Source: Haliotis rufescens (lineage: Eukaryota). From it: DNA of 64,000 nucleotides. Below the pieces are notes generated by a model. That model worked only from the letters and a program-made list of their open reading frames with translations. It was not told the DNA's origin and did no database searches. The stretch spans positions 84,754,001 to 84,818,000 of the forward strand of contig NW_025963779.1 in the NCBI RefSeq assembly GCF_023055435.1, written 5' to 3'. The first letter of the stretch is position 1. Each line of letters begins with the position of its first letter. This document shows positions 37,401 to 64,000 of this stretch, in pieces. The translations under genes were made by a program, and so were the position numbers.

Positions 37401-40400
37401 ATTAATTATTTAGCCATGAGGACATGAGTTGATCCTAGTAATTCACAGTAATCACAGGACCAATGCTTGTCGTCCCCTATAGTAGCCCATGCTTGTCGCC
37501 CCCTATAGTAGCCTTTGCTTGCCATCCCCTATAGTAGCCTGTGCTTGCCATCCCCTAATGTAGCCAATGCGTGTCGTCCCCTATAGTAGCCCATGCTTGC
37601 CATCCCCTATAGTAGCCAATGCACCAGGCCCCTTATAGTAACCCATGCTTGTCGCCCCTATAGTAGCCCATGCTTGTCGTCCCCTATAGTATCCTTTGCT
37701 TGTCGTCCCCTATAGTATCCCATGCTAGACGTCCCCTGTAGTAGTCCATGCTTCTTGCCCCCTATAGTAGCCCATGCTTGTCGCCCCCTATAGTAGCCCC
37801 TGCTTGTCGTCCCCTATAGTAGCCCATGTTTGTCGCCCCTTTAGTATCCTATGCTTGTCCCCTATAGTAGCCCATGCTTGTCGTCCCCTATGGTATCCTT
37901 TGCTTGTCGTCCCCTATAGTAGCCCATGCTTGTCGTCCCCTATAGTAGCCCATGCTAGTCGTCCCCAGTAGTAGTCCATGCTTCTCGCCCCCTATAGTAG
38001 CCCATGTTTGTCGTCCCCTATAGTAGCCCATGCTTGTCGCCCCTATGGCAGTCCATTCTTGTCGCCCCCATAGTAGCCCATGCATATGGCCCCTTATAGT
38101 AGCCCATGCTTGTCATCCACTATAGTAGCCCATGCTTGTTGTGCCCCTATAGTAGCCTATGCTTGTCGTCCCCTATAGTAGCCAATACTTCTCGCCCCCT
38201 ATGGTAGCCCATGCTTGTCGCCCCCTATAATAGCCTATGCTTGTCATCCCCTATAGTAGCCCATGCTTGTCGCCCCTATAGTAGCCCATGCTTGTCGTAC
38301 CCTATAGTAGCCCATGTTTGTCGCCCCTATAGTATCCTATGCTTGTCCCCTATAGTAGCCCATGCTTGTCGTCCCCTATGGTATCCTTTGCTTGTCGTCC
38401 TCTATAGTAGCCCATGCTAGTCGTCCCCTGTAGTAGTCCATGCTTGTCGCCCCCTATAGTAGCCCATGCTTGTCGTCCCCTATAGTAGCCCATGCTTGTC
38501 GCCCCCATAGTAACCCATGCTTGTCGCCCCTATAGTAGCCCATGCTTGTCGTTCCCTATAGTAGCCCATGCTTGTCGTCCTCTATAGTAGCCCATGCTTG
38601 TCGCACCCTATAGTAGCCCATGCTTGTCGCCCCCATAGTAGCCCATGCTTGTCGTCCCCTATAGTAGCCTATGCTTGTCGCCCCCATAGTAGCCCATGCT
38701 TGTCGTCCCCTATAGTAGCCCATGCTTGTCGCACCCTATAGTAGCCCATGCTAGTCGTCCCCTATAGTAGCCCATGCTTGTCGCCCCCTATAGTAGCCTA
38801 TGCTTGTCGTCCCCTATAGTAGCCTATGCTTGTCGTCCTCTATAGTAGCCCATGCTTGTCGCCCCCTATAGAAGCCCATGCTTGTCGTCCCCTATAGTAG
38901 CCCATGCTTGTCAACCCCATAGTAGCCCATGCTTGTCGCACCCTATAGTAGCCCATTCTTGTGGTCCCCTATAGTAGCCCATGCTTGTCGCACCCTATAG
39001 TAGCCAATGCTTGTCGTCACCTATAGTAGCCTATGCTTGCCGTCCCCAGTTCCTAGCAGCCACTAGGTACTGTTGCCTTATGAAGACTTTCACTCAGTGA
39101 TGAGCTAAGGAACAGATTGCATAAGTCTGTATTCTATTTGTAGCACAGCATTTGGCAGTAACGTCGCTCTGTCGGAAAGGAAGTTCCACAAACTAAAAGT
39201 AACCAATGAAGGCAGAGTAACGCAGAGATTCCCCACCGTCCTCAGCAGCATCTGCGGTGTCGACACCACCTACTTCCCCTTTGACAAACAGCTATGTCCA
39301 CTCAAGTTCGGCTTGTGGCTCCACGATGACGACATTGTGACCTTGACAAGCGACCAGACAGGGGACACCACGTCGTATCTCGAGAATGCTGAATGGTTCC
39401 TCACCGGAATCGATGCAGAGAAGAAGCCATATTTGTACAATGGTTTAGTCTACAGCACTATCACGTACACTGTGTCCATACAAAGACGACCGGCGTTCTT
39501 CATGCTGACGCTGTTCTTCCCATGTTTTCTCCTCAGTAGTATGTCGATCCTCGGGTTCCTCCTCCCGCCAACTTCAGGGGAGAAGGTCGGACTGCAGGTC
39601 ACCCTGCTGCTGTCCCTGACAGTGTTCCTGTTCCTCACCATTGATACGCTGCCACCAAACTCCGAACCATTGCCACTTATGTGTAAGTACAGAAATAGTG
39701 AATGGACATGTCACTTGAAGATCCACCACTAGACCACTAGCATTCGTCACCACTCGCCGCTTTCCGTAACCTGCAAAAAGACTCGTCCCCCTATCGATGA
39801 ATGTTATGTGCGAAAATACGACAAACCAATCAAAATCCGCATTTGACTTCAAGTTCTTCGGTCAAAGAATCCCTCGGGAATAATTTTTGATTTTACATAT
39901 GTCTTGCATCTAAAAAAATACCAAACATACAGTTATATGTGTTCAATCATGCTGTATAATACCGCATGTCCCGATGTGCTTTAAATTGCATCCGAAATTA
40001 TATAATATATGGGGATATATATGTGAATCATTACGCAACGAGTAGACAATTCTTTTAGCTATGCCCCTTTGCGCTTAGACTGAACCTGGTCGCAAAAATG
40101 GCCACGAGAGGGGCACGAGTCGCTATTCGGCTTGTCCCGGAATAACACGAATTGGTCACGAATGGACCATTAGTTCGGTCCAGGCCCAAGAAACCATTGC
40201 TTGTCGTAATAACCGACCAATGAGGATTGCTTATGTGGCCTGGGTATTTGGCCGCTTACAAGTCAATCACTACTTTGCCTGGACCAGACGATTACTTTCA
40301 GGTTGCAGTGATAAAGTTGTAACAGCGTTTACCGCGGCGTAAAACAACACTTTTGTTACAAGTTATTCATATTAGCGGATGGAATCTTGCATTTTATACA

Positions 40401-41108
40401 CCTTAATGACAGGTATCGTGTATTTTATATTGCAGGCGTGTACTTCGTGTTGGTGATCATGATTGCGACCACGTCTTGCGTCCTCGCTGTTATTGTTCAG
40501 AAAATCCACCTGAAAAGCAAACAAGGCTGGAAGGTTCCTCCTCTGGCACGAACTGTCATCATCCACTGGCTTGGTCGTCTGGTGCTGATGAAGAGGCCAC
40601 ACGTTCGCAGGAAACATACAAATGTACGAGAGTTCAACCAACAAGTCTACATTTTAATTTATTTCATCCTTGGTATCAAAGTCAAAGTTACAAAACTGAA
40701 CATTATTAATAGTTTGGCTTTAAAATGTTTCCGATGTTTAGTTGATCAAGATATGTTTTAAGTTTTAACCATTCCATGTTTGCTAAAGTTTGGGTGTTGT
40801 ATATCCAGGAGGACCTTGAAGCAGAGAGAGGGGGTAACACCGTCGGTATTCAGAAAACTCCAACAGCAGCAACAGCAGATGCACCAGCACCGTCAACATT
40901 ACCTAGGGAGTATGGGGCTTTCCGTGAGATACTGACAGGCTTGGAGCAGCTTCTGAAACGTCATGAAGGGGAGAAGGCAACAGACGACACTGACGAATAT
41001 GAGGACTGGCTAACCATTGCATCTATCCTCGACAGATTCTTCCTCATTCTCTCTGTAGTCATTTCGTTTGTCATATCAACCGTCTTCCTTATCCATTTTT
41101 CCGTTTGA
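31487..41108 (+). CDS. Nicotinic acetylcholine receptor-like Cys-loop subunit, non-alpha type; exons 31487-31556, 33286-33401, 37022-37066, 37269-37378, 39144-39682, 40436-40623, 40809-41108
   Basis: Signal-peptide-like exon 1 (MLSPLAYPLSVLLVLVS), 45- and 110-nt exons typical of nAChR genes (ILTTNLWIRM; WTDHRLTWNP...IWTPDVTLY), Cys loop CGVDTTYFPFDKQLC, ENAEW, M1 PCFLLS, M2 GEKVGLQVTLLLSLTVF, M4 DW...ILDRFFL. Splice phases are all compatible. Exon 1 and the 40623 donor are the least certain. Confidence 0.9.
31800..32767 (+). repeat. 41-42-bp minisatellite (~23 copies) in intron 1 of the nAChR-like gene
   Basis: Unit ggggacaatcatggatattggggacggttagcttggggtagt, itself a dimer of ggggac-based subunits. 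Confidence 0.95.
33556..36737 (+). repeat. 47-48-bp G-rich minisatellite (~66 copies) in intron 2
   Basis: Unit gtcggcgtgatgatggggtggctgggtggcagtgtagtggggtgggag; about four G3+ runs per unit. Confidence 0.95.
37463..39047 (+). repeat. 25-26-bp minisatellite (~60 copies) in intron 4
   Basis: Unit cccatgcttgtcgtcccctatagtag. Confidence 0.95.
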
Positions 41109-41980
41109 ACACCATCTGAAAAACACAGGAATGGTACCTGTGCGTGTACCGTTTGACAATCTGGATTGTCTCCCTTTAGATCATTCTTTCATACTATAGC
41201 TTTTACACGTGACAACACAATATTTATCTATTTCCCAACTGCATTAATAATAAGAAAGTCCTAGCTTTTAACGTAATACATTTTATGAAGAGTTTCATAT
41301 TTATTCTACGTTTAGCCAGCCTTAACCACGTATTCTCTATCAAAAATAAAACGAAATGTCTATCTATGTAAAACATGGGTTGCTGAAGACCTATTCCACC
41401 CCGCGTCTCCACGGTCTTGTTCAAAGTGTTTGTGTTTTGGATCATGGTCAATTTTGTGTTGTTTTTACCACCAGGTTCTTTGATTTGGACAAAACAAGGT
41501 TTGAACCACCTTGGAGATGAATGTTGATCATCGTGTCTCATTTATTTCAGTTACAGGGCCAGGTTCCTGCTCAAAAGTAATATTGCTCTGATTGCTCTGA
41601 TAACACTATTGTGCTTTAGTGCTGACTAGTACTTGAAATTGACGGCCATCTTGATTTTTTGTAGATTTATCAATAGTCGAAAAAGTTCAGTAATTGTGAA
41701 TATGTTGTAAGAAACATAATATGGCTAATTCGCAACAAAACACATGCTTTTTTCATCAAAAGATTTAACCTCATCTGAAATAAGAAAGATACATAATTAA
41801 TCGGAGGCCAGATTGGATTATGCAAATAAGACATATTTCTCAAACTAGGATTGCTTGAGACTTCTAGTATGTTATTCTTGGGACCTTGTAGAAATGCATT
41901 GTTGTGAAATAAATTCTGTTTGCAATTTGTTCCAAGTGAAACCTTATTTTGCCTGGACTGTATGGGTCCATGACAATCTA

Positions 41981-42190
41981 CCCCTGTAGATCCAGGGATA
42001 GAATAGGTCTTCAGCAACCCATGCTTGCTTGTCGTATGAGCAGACTATGCTTGTCTTAAGAGGCGACTAACGGGATCGACTAACGGGATCGGGTGGTCAG
42101 GCTCGCTGACTTGGTTGATGCATGTAATCGTATCCCAAATGAGTGGACCGATGCTCAGTCACTGAATTCGATTACTTACAGACCACCTTC
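41981..42190 (+). mobile_element. SINE-like family C copy with internal duplications and deletions
   Basis: tagaataggtcttcagcaacccatgcttg...aggcgactaacgggatc...ggtcaggctcgctgacttgg. Confidence 0.8.
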
Positions 42191-42773
42191 CAAATTGATA
42201 CCCTTTGCCAACGGTGTTGGGGGTGGGTGGGGTGTGGGGGTGGTTTATCCCAGTTTCGTAAAAGTCCTTCTCTTTCTTGCCGGTCCAAAACGTTCTCTAC
42301 AGCTCCCGTGAGCTGCCAGTAACATTAAAAACTCAAGCTGTTCATACTTTTACTGTTTATTAATCTGTGATTCAACAACGCTAAGTGTGATCCCCTTGTA
42401 TTCCCATGTTAGGCATTCAAAGACTATATAATAAATATGTGGTGACTACATGCCCTACATGCTGATGCAAGATACAAGCATATTTCTATACTGCCATCAC
42501 ACTCAGCTCAACAAGTAGAAAGCCAGACTATTGAAAGACATATCTGTGTAAATAACATTTTGAATATTAACAAGCAATAAATAAACATGTACATGCCAAT
42601 AAAAATCAATGATAACCACATACATAAAGTCAAAGCATATATATTGTTCTGATATTTCTTTGACATGGAAACATATGTTTGTATTAATTTAAATCAAGAA
42701 ATATTTAACTCCCAGGTAAATCCACAAACCAAATATTACTATCATGATTCTAAGGGACTACCTTTCTTCCTGA

Positions 42774-42819
<46 letters not shown>
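42774..42819. repeat. (ATT)n microsatellite
   Basis: About 15 attatt... units. Confidence 0.95.
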
Positions 42820-42820
<1 letters not shown>

Positions 42821-43156
42821 AATATCAACAATTAGGTGACCATTTACATATTTCATTCTAAGACGCATGAACGGCACCTGTTAGTGAACCCAGATATGAC
42901 ACATGTCATTAGGTCTTAATAAAGGCAGGCAGGTGAGTGAGTGAGTTGATCTAAAAAATAGTTCGCATTGTGTTACTGGTAGGTTAACATGGGAAAAAGT
43001 CCAAAGTAAACGTGTGTGGCACAGACAGACCAAGAGTCACTATGTTAGCAAATCTGATATTCAAACTCAGGACCATCGGATCCTGGGTTTGGGCCCAGCT
43101 CTGCACTGTTCATCAGACCACCTGGCCACCTTCACTATAAGAAGGTAGGATGCATG

Positions 43157-44280
43157 TGGAGGATTCCATACCTAGAACAATGCAATAATACTACAGGGAC
43201 AGACACACTTAAATAGGCTGTGGGTTACTATTCACTAGATGGTTGGATCAATAACTGCCTACGGTGAAGGATTCAATATCTAGAACAATGCAATAACACC
43301 ACAGGGAGAGACACACAGGCTGTGGGTTATTGTTTACTAGGTGGTTGGGGTATTAACTGTCTACAGTGAAGGATTCAATATCTAGAACAATGCAAAAACA
43401 CCACAGGGAGCGACACACAGGCTGTGGGTTATTGTTAACCAGGTGGTTGGGGTATTAACTGTCTACAGTGAAGGATTCAATATCTAGAACAATGCAATAA
43501 CACCACAGGGAGAGACACACAGGCTGTGGGTTTTTGTTTACTAGGTGGTTAGGGTATTAACTGTCTACAGTGAAGGATTCAATATCTAGAACAATGCAAA
43601 AACACCACAGGGAGAGACACACAGGCTGTGGGTTATTGTTTACCAGGTGGTTGGGGTATTAACTGTCTACAGTGAAGGATTCAATATCTAGAACAATGCA
43701 ATAACACCACAGGGAGCGACACACAGGCTGTGGGTTATTGTTTACCAGGTGGTTGGGGTATTAACTGTCTACAGTGAAGGATTCAATATCTAGAACAATG
43801 CAATAACACCACAGGGAGAGACACACAGGCTGTGGGTTTTTGTTTACTAGGTGGTTGGGGTATGAACTGCCTACAGTGAAGGATTCAATATCTAGAACAA
43901 TGCAAAAACACCACAGGGAGAGACACACAGGCTGTGGGTTATTGTTTACCAGGTGGTTGGGGTATTAACTGTCTACAGTGAAGGATTCAATATCTAGAAC
44001 AATGCAATAACACCACAGGGAGAGACACAGGCTGTGGGTTATTATTTACCAGGTGGTTGGGGTATTAACTGTCTACAGTGAAGGATTCAATATCTAGAAC
44101 AATGCAATAACACCACAGGGAGAGACACAGGCTGTGGGTTATTGTTTACCAGGTGGTTGGGGTATTAACTGTCTACAGTGAAGGATTCAATATCTAGAAC
44201 AATGCAATAACACCACAGGGAGAGACACACAGGCTGTGGGTTTTTGTTTACTAAGTTGTGGGATAAATAACTGCCTGCAG
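43157..44280 (+). repeat. 102-bp tandem array (~11 copies), each unit with an internal inverted repeat
   Basis: gtgaaggatt at 43264, 43366...; caataacaccacag pairs with ctgtgggttattg inside each unit; terminal units are diverged. Confidence 0.95.
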
Positions 44281-47059
44281 GGTAACATACAATTCTGTAA
44301 TTTGCAATGTTTCTTAAAATAATAAGATTTCATATAATTTTTTTTCTGTACTTCTTGCTGCCTTTTTCTACTTGGCTGCACCGACAGCATGAATCTGCGG
44401 GCGGCGGAGGTAGTGTGCACTCAGTCGGATCACCAGACAATGTGGTTTACGTGAACATGATAGACCAAAAACAAACATACATTCAGATTCAGAGGCAGGA
44501 AATGATACACATAAGCTATGACCATCACAGTTTACAGGTTGCAAATAGTTCATAAAGTTGATTGGACGGCCTTATCACTCTCAAATTATCAAATGTTCAA
44601 GAATTGCTTATAAACACACTAACTCCATATCCCGACATGACTCACAACACACAGTAACGTCCCCTCAGAGTCAGTAAGCCACACAGAGGAAAGGCCGATT
44701 AAGAGTGAGCATGAGAAAAAATTGATAATTCTGTGATGGGAATAAAAATGTAAAACCTGTACATATTATTTTAGCATATATATAATATATACGTATTGAA
44801 TAGATATTCTCTACCGGACGGATATTGTAACAATCATATATGACAATGATGGAACTGTTTATAAAAACAATAAATAGACTGTGTATTTCTAACATAACAG
44901 TTCAACATTATCACAGGGAACGCTGCATTATGCACAATGGCCACACTGGTTACACAAACTAGTCACATAGATGAGACAGATAAAGCCTGAGAAATACTCT
45001 CAAACACATCATGGAAGCTACATACATATGTCCATGCTGACTTGCCGTACATGCACTGAAACCTTGTCATCTAGAACTGACCACAGAACCTCGTCACACG
45101 GAGGTGGCACAGCAGGGCAAGTGTTCACTCATCACCCTTTAAACCTGGGTTTGATTCCCTTGGATGTGACATGGTAGTCATAATGCAGGAATATTGCTAA
45201 CACCAGAATAAACACATTAAAAACATCAGACACCCCGCTCCCTCTCTCCCTCTGACGACTGTACTTTTTCCTGCGATAAAGTACACTTTTTGAGTTACGT
45301 CATAATGGACTGACGTCATGGCGCTGTTCAAATTACCTCCCCCATGATCTAGAGTATCCTCCCCCTGATTTAACGTATATAACGTCAAACCCTTCAGATG
45401 CAAGCGTCCTTGAGCTTTATCTATAATAGTTCAGGGCAGAACTATACCTTATTACACTATGGGGTAGAGCAAACTTTATTTCTTAAACAAGGAGTCGAAT
45501 GCAAATACATACATATAATTTCAAATAAATCCTATATTATGAATCTTACAACAGGGCATTTCACAGGGTTTCATCTGAGACAGCAGCAGTAACAATGCTC
45601 TCCCTGCTACGAGTTACAAGGACACAGTAGAGATGAGGGAATGCAATGGTAACCAATGGCAACTGCAGGTTCTGTCAAACAGTGCTACTAGATGACAAAG
45701 TTGCGCACATGTATGACTGGTCCCCATATTGTAAGTAAAGAGATACGTGTGATTGCACTCTATAAGGCACTCTGAGGCACTCTGTGTTGACATCACAGGG
45801 CGGACACAAGTGTACACTCATAACAAATCTCAACACAGACATGGACATCGTTACAAAACATATTCCAAAACCTGTATTCACCACTGAACATATCCCAGGC
45901 TTCTTGTTTACAGTTGAAATAATGTAATACAAGGGTTAGGTTTTCACTGAGGTGTTGTCACGAAGTATAAGTAATGTGTTCAACTGATGTGTCCTGAGAA
46001 ACAAGAATACATTTCAGCCGTATGTGATAATACATTCATCATTGCATATAAAGAATTAAGAACATCATCACACGAGTGTACATTTCGTATTGTCTCCAGA
46101 AGCAGATAAAACATATCGTACAATTAATATCATTTGCATATTTGATCTATAACTGCTTCACAAATACAGAAAAGCTATTTCACACAATATCTACAAAATC
46201 TTCACTGCCACTATGACAGATCTCTCTAGCAGATAGGTGCTATTATTGATAATCAGTTTAATAAAATTGAACAAAAGCTTATATTTCATAAAAACATTAT
46301 TAAGTTTTTAAACAATTTTCCATATTTATGTAATTATTTGGAAATTAGACTGAAATGTATGCTTAAACACTGTAAATGTTAAACTCCTATTGCCGTTATT
46401 TAATTCAAAAGTATTCAGAGAAAACATTCTGCATTACAACTAAGCAAGCCATCAACAAATGCCCTTTCACTCACTCTTCTAATTGCTAATTGTTACAGAG
46501 CAGTCAACCATCATGACCACAGATACCATCTACCTTGTAAGTTTATACCTGTCCCCAAATCACTGTTATATGTCAATAAATATTTTCAAAGCTATTATCC
46601 ATATATACATATACAAAACACATTGTATTTACAGATACACTGTGACCTCATTAACTCCTAGGGAATAAAACAAACCTATCGAGGTATCAGTAGTTCTAGA
46701 CGAGCGAACTACCATGAGTATAAGGCATTAAGGGGACAAGAAAGTAGCATCTAAGATGATAGATATATCAAGATGATGGTATTCAAGATTTTCTGTATGT
46801 CAATATTTCTGTAATGATTCCAAGGTTTCAAATTTACATTTTTGTGTTTTGTGTTTTATAATTATAAAAGAAAATGGGATACTTTGTCCAAGCAAGTGAT
46901 CATTTTATCTTCACATCAGGAAAGCAAGGTGAGACATGGTCACTGGTCTGTTAGTCCGAGACTAGTGAAAATCCAGAGGGACCAAATAATAAACCCAAAA
47001 TAAATTAGGCCACGCACATCAACAGTCTACGGTTTCCTGATTGGTTGATAATAGAATGT

Positions 47060-47178
47060 TTGTTTTGTTTGTTTGTTTGTTTGTTTGTTGTTTAACACCG
47101 CACCTAACAAGTTTCCAACTACATGATGGTGGTCTGTAAATAATCGAGTCTGGAACAGACAATCCAGTGACTGACTTC
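47060..47178 (-). mobile_element. SINE-like family C 3' fragment, antisense
   Basis: (tttg)n followed by ggtctgtaaataatcgagtctggaacagacaatccagtga. Confidence 0.75.
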
Positions 47179-48195
47179 ATATATTCATATAAAAATTGAC
47201 CTCTATATATTGTTTCATAGAACTGGCAGATCCACAATTCAAACAAGATATATGGTAACTGGTAACTAAGAGATCCATATTGTAAAGTAAATACAAAAAA
47301 CAGAAAATACAAAACTAAATAAAACTATTACAACTAGTAAACACACTGGTTTGTAACACCCAGTGACAAACACTGTCCAATAACTACAATGGATACAGTC
47401 AACTACATGTAATACGGTATTTCCATATTCAGCAACATGTCCCCAACATTTATTATGTATCACAGGTGTCAGGATTATGGTGTACAAAAACACATTAAAT
47501 GTTGCATCATCTTGAGACAAACTTCTATAACTATATACATACAGCACTCATGATAACATTATTTATATTGTGTGGAGTTTTTTCATATAATGCCACCTTC
47601 CTTCCTGAATATCAAACTCAAAACGCAAATAAAAACAATAATACAAAAATAAGCAAAGTGTCAAAAAGAAAGATGGTGTCCAGCGCAGGAATGTATTGTG
47701 TTGTGTTCAGACAGACCAGGCAGAAAGAACTCCCAGCTAGGACTTGCCAGCTCAGTGTTTCTTGATAACTAGGTCTACTGATCTGCTGGACCAATAATTT
47801 ATAGAAGTGGAAGGAAATTGAAATTAGGAAAAGACCTTGTTTATTTTCTGGCAAGTCTGTTAACAAAAAAATATTGGAAAGTTATAATTCCTTTGATTTA
47901 ACTTTCAAAACTCTAAGACTTATCTTTCAAAACACATTTTCATTTCATTTTAAATTTAGATGACAGTTGTGCACATATGCTCAGATATTATAAATCACCC
48001 AGTTTTGCACTAAAAGATTAAGATCAAATGTTGAAACTGATATGGATCTCTGTTGTATTTACCATCTTCTCTAATCATGCTAATGTGACATTGTCTGGCA
48101 ATCAATCTTTTTAAATAAGAATGATCCCACTGTACACTCAAAGGTATCAGATAAGCAGATGTTGGGTAACTTTCAGTCACACACACACTGAGATT

Positions 48196-63024
<14,829 letters not shown>

Positions 63025-63441
63025 CTACAGCTATCTGGAAAGGATTAGAAATCAAAAGTCATAATAACAATTAATGACATTGACACCCATTCAACCTATT
63101 ACTTATTGAAAAGAATTATTTTGACCTGTAGAGAATTATTGTATTAGTGTAAACCTATTTTTCTATTACTAATAATTCTCCTATTGTTCCTTAATACATC
63201 ATGTGGCTAATCCCAAAATGTTTTTTGCATTAATCCCTCTTAAGTACTAGATTAATTAACCATGTCATTCTTTGTTAGGGATCTTTATTCAAATTACTTA
63301 ATCCTGAAGATTACTTTCAAGCTATAACATAAGGCGTCTTGGTAAAAACAAAATCACAGAGGGAAAGAGAGACATGGATCCAAACCAAACCTTTATTCTT
63401 GGCACTTGACACTTACAGCACCATATTGTCATTCTACATAT

Positions 63442-63726
63442 GGCTAAAAAAAATAATAGTCTTGGTTCTCAGGCACCGCCCGCATCATCATGAAGTCGGC
63501 CACACATTTCATTTTTATTTTCATTTTTAATTTTTTTTATTTTACTGCGCATTTCGTCTCATGGTCATGGTGGCAATAGGAGTTTGTATGCTTTTTTATG
63601 TAGTGAGGCCCTTTCCCATGTTGATTGTACACAACTGTTTATTTGGTTACATACTAGTTTGAACAAGCAATAAAATAAAACCACCACCCGCCTGCCTGAG
63701 AATCAATTCTTTTAATTTTTTAAGCC
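63442..63726. mobile_element. MITE with ~35-bp imperfect TIRs
   Basis: ggctaaaaaaaataatagtcttggttctcaggca versus tgcctgagaatcaattcttttaattttttaagcc. Confidence 0.6.
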
Positions 63727-64000
63727 TATTGTCCCATGTATGTTAGACTATTAGTTAGAATAAAAGGATTTTAACGCCACCCAACCAATTATGTGGTAAA
63801 ATGCTGACCTAGATTTATTTACTGATTAGATCTATTTGAAAAGACATTCTGATCCACATAGAAATCTGATAGACTAGGTTTTTTGGAGGGTCAGACAGTA
63901 AAAATCAAAATGCAAGAAATGTGCTCATGTGATTAAAACCCCCATTGATACATTAAATAGCTTGACTCTAAACAACATTACGTTACCCAACGCTATGTAA

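Noticed and set aside
32194-38420. Pro/His-rich, Gly/Trp-rich and Cys-rich ORFs up to 423 aa
   Set aside because: They arise from 42- and 48-bp (multiple-of-3) and 26-bp intronic minisatellites, are open on both strands and have no unique coding flanks.
43157-44280. Repeated minus-strand pseudo-exon (ttctag|44 nt|gtaaac) analogous to the 71-bp array
   Set aside because: Stops in all three frames and no similarity to neighbouring proteins.

Overview
Eukaryotic, intron-rich animal DNA. The gene and repeat content suggests a lophotrochozoan, probably a gastropod mollusc (inference). Five host genes can be reconstructed from splice signals and protein motifs: (1) the 3' part of a Cys-less ('Pro-loop') pentameric ligand-gated ion channel (+, coding exons 2840-7138, 5' part upstream of the window); (2) a single-ORF NAT8/Camello-like GNAT acetyltransferase (-, 12554-13225); (3) TBCA, head-to-head with it (+, 14062-21588, first intron GC-AG); (4) a complete non-alpha nAChR-like Cys-loop subunit (+, 31487-41108); (5) a ZNF474-like protein with eight C2HC fingers (-, 63012-48196). 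The 12-kb last intron of gene 5 holds a full-length DIRS1-type retrotransposon (ITRs, ICR, gag, RT/RNaseH, adenine-MTase-like domain, tyrosine recombinase), a decayed Tigger/pogo transposon and an older gag-like relic that the DIRS interrupts. Also present are CR1-like and R4/Dong-like LINE relics, four SINE-like families, Helentron-type non-autonomous elements, MITEs and six tandem arrays. Most notable: (a) the 71-bp array at 1-2597 is a tandem amplification of the end of a channel coding exon plus its splice donor; (b) the same gene carries a second, in-frame exon-end/donor duplicate that could add a fifth hydrophobic helix; (c) an abundant SINE-like family starts not with a tRNA head but with a pseudoknot-capable structure showing compensatory changes, a candidate structured or self-cleaving RNA; (d) related minisatellites in inverted orientation bracket exons 2-4 of the nAChR-like gene. 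All calls are by eye; no searches were run.
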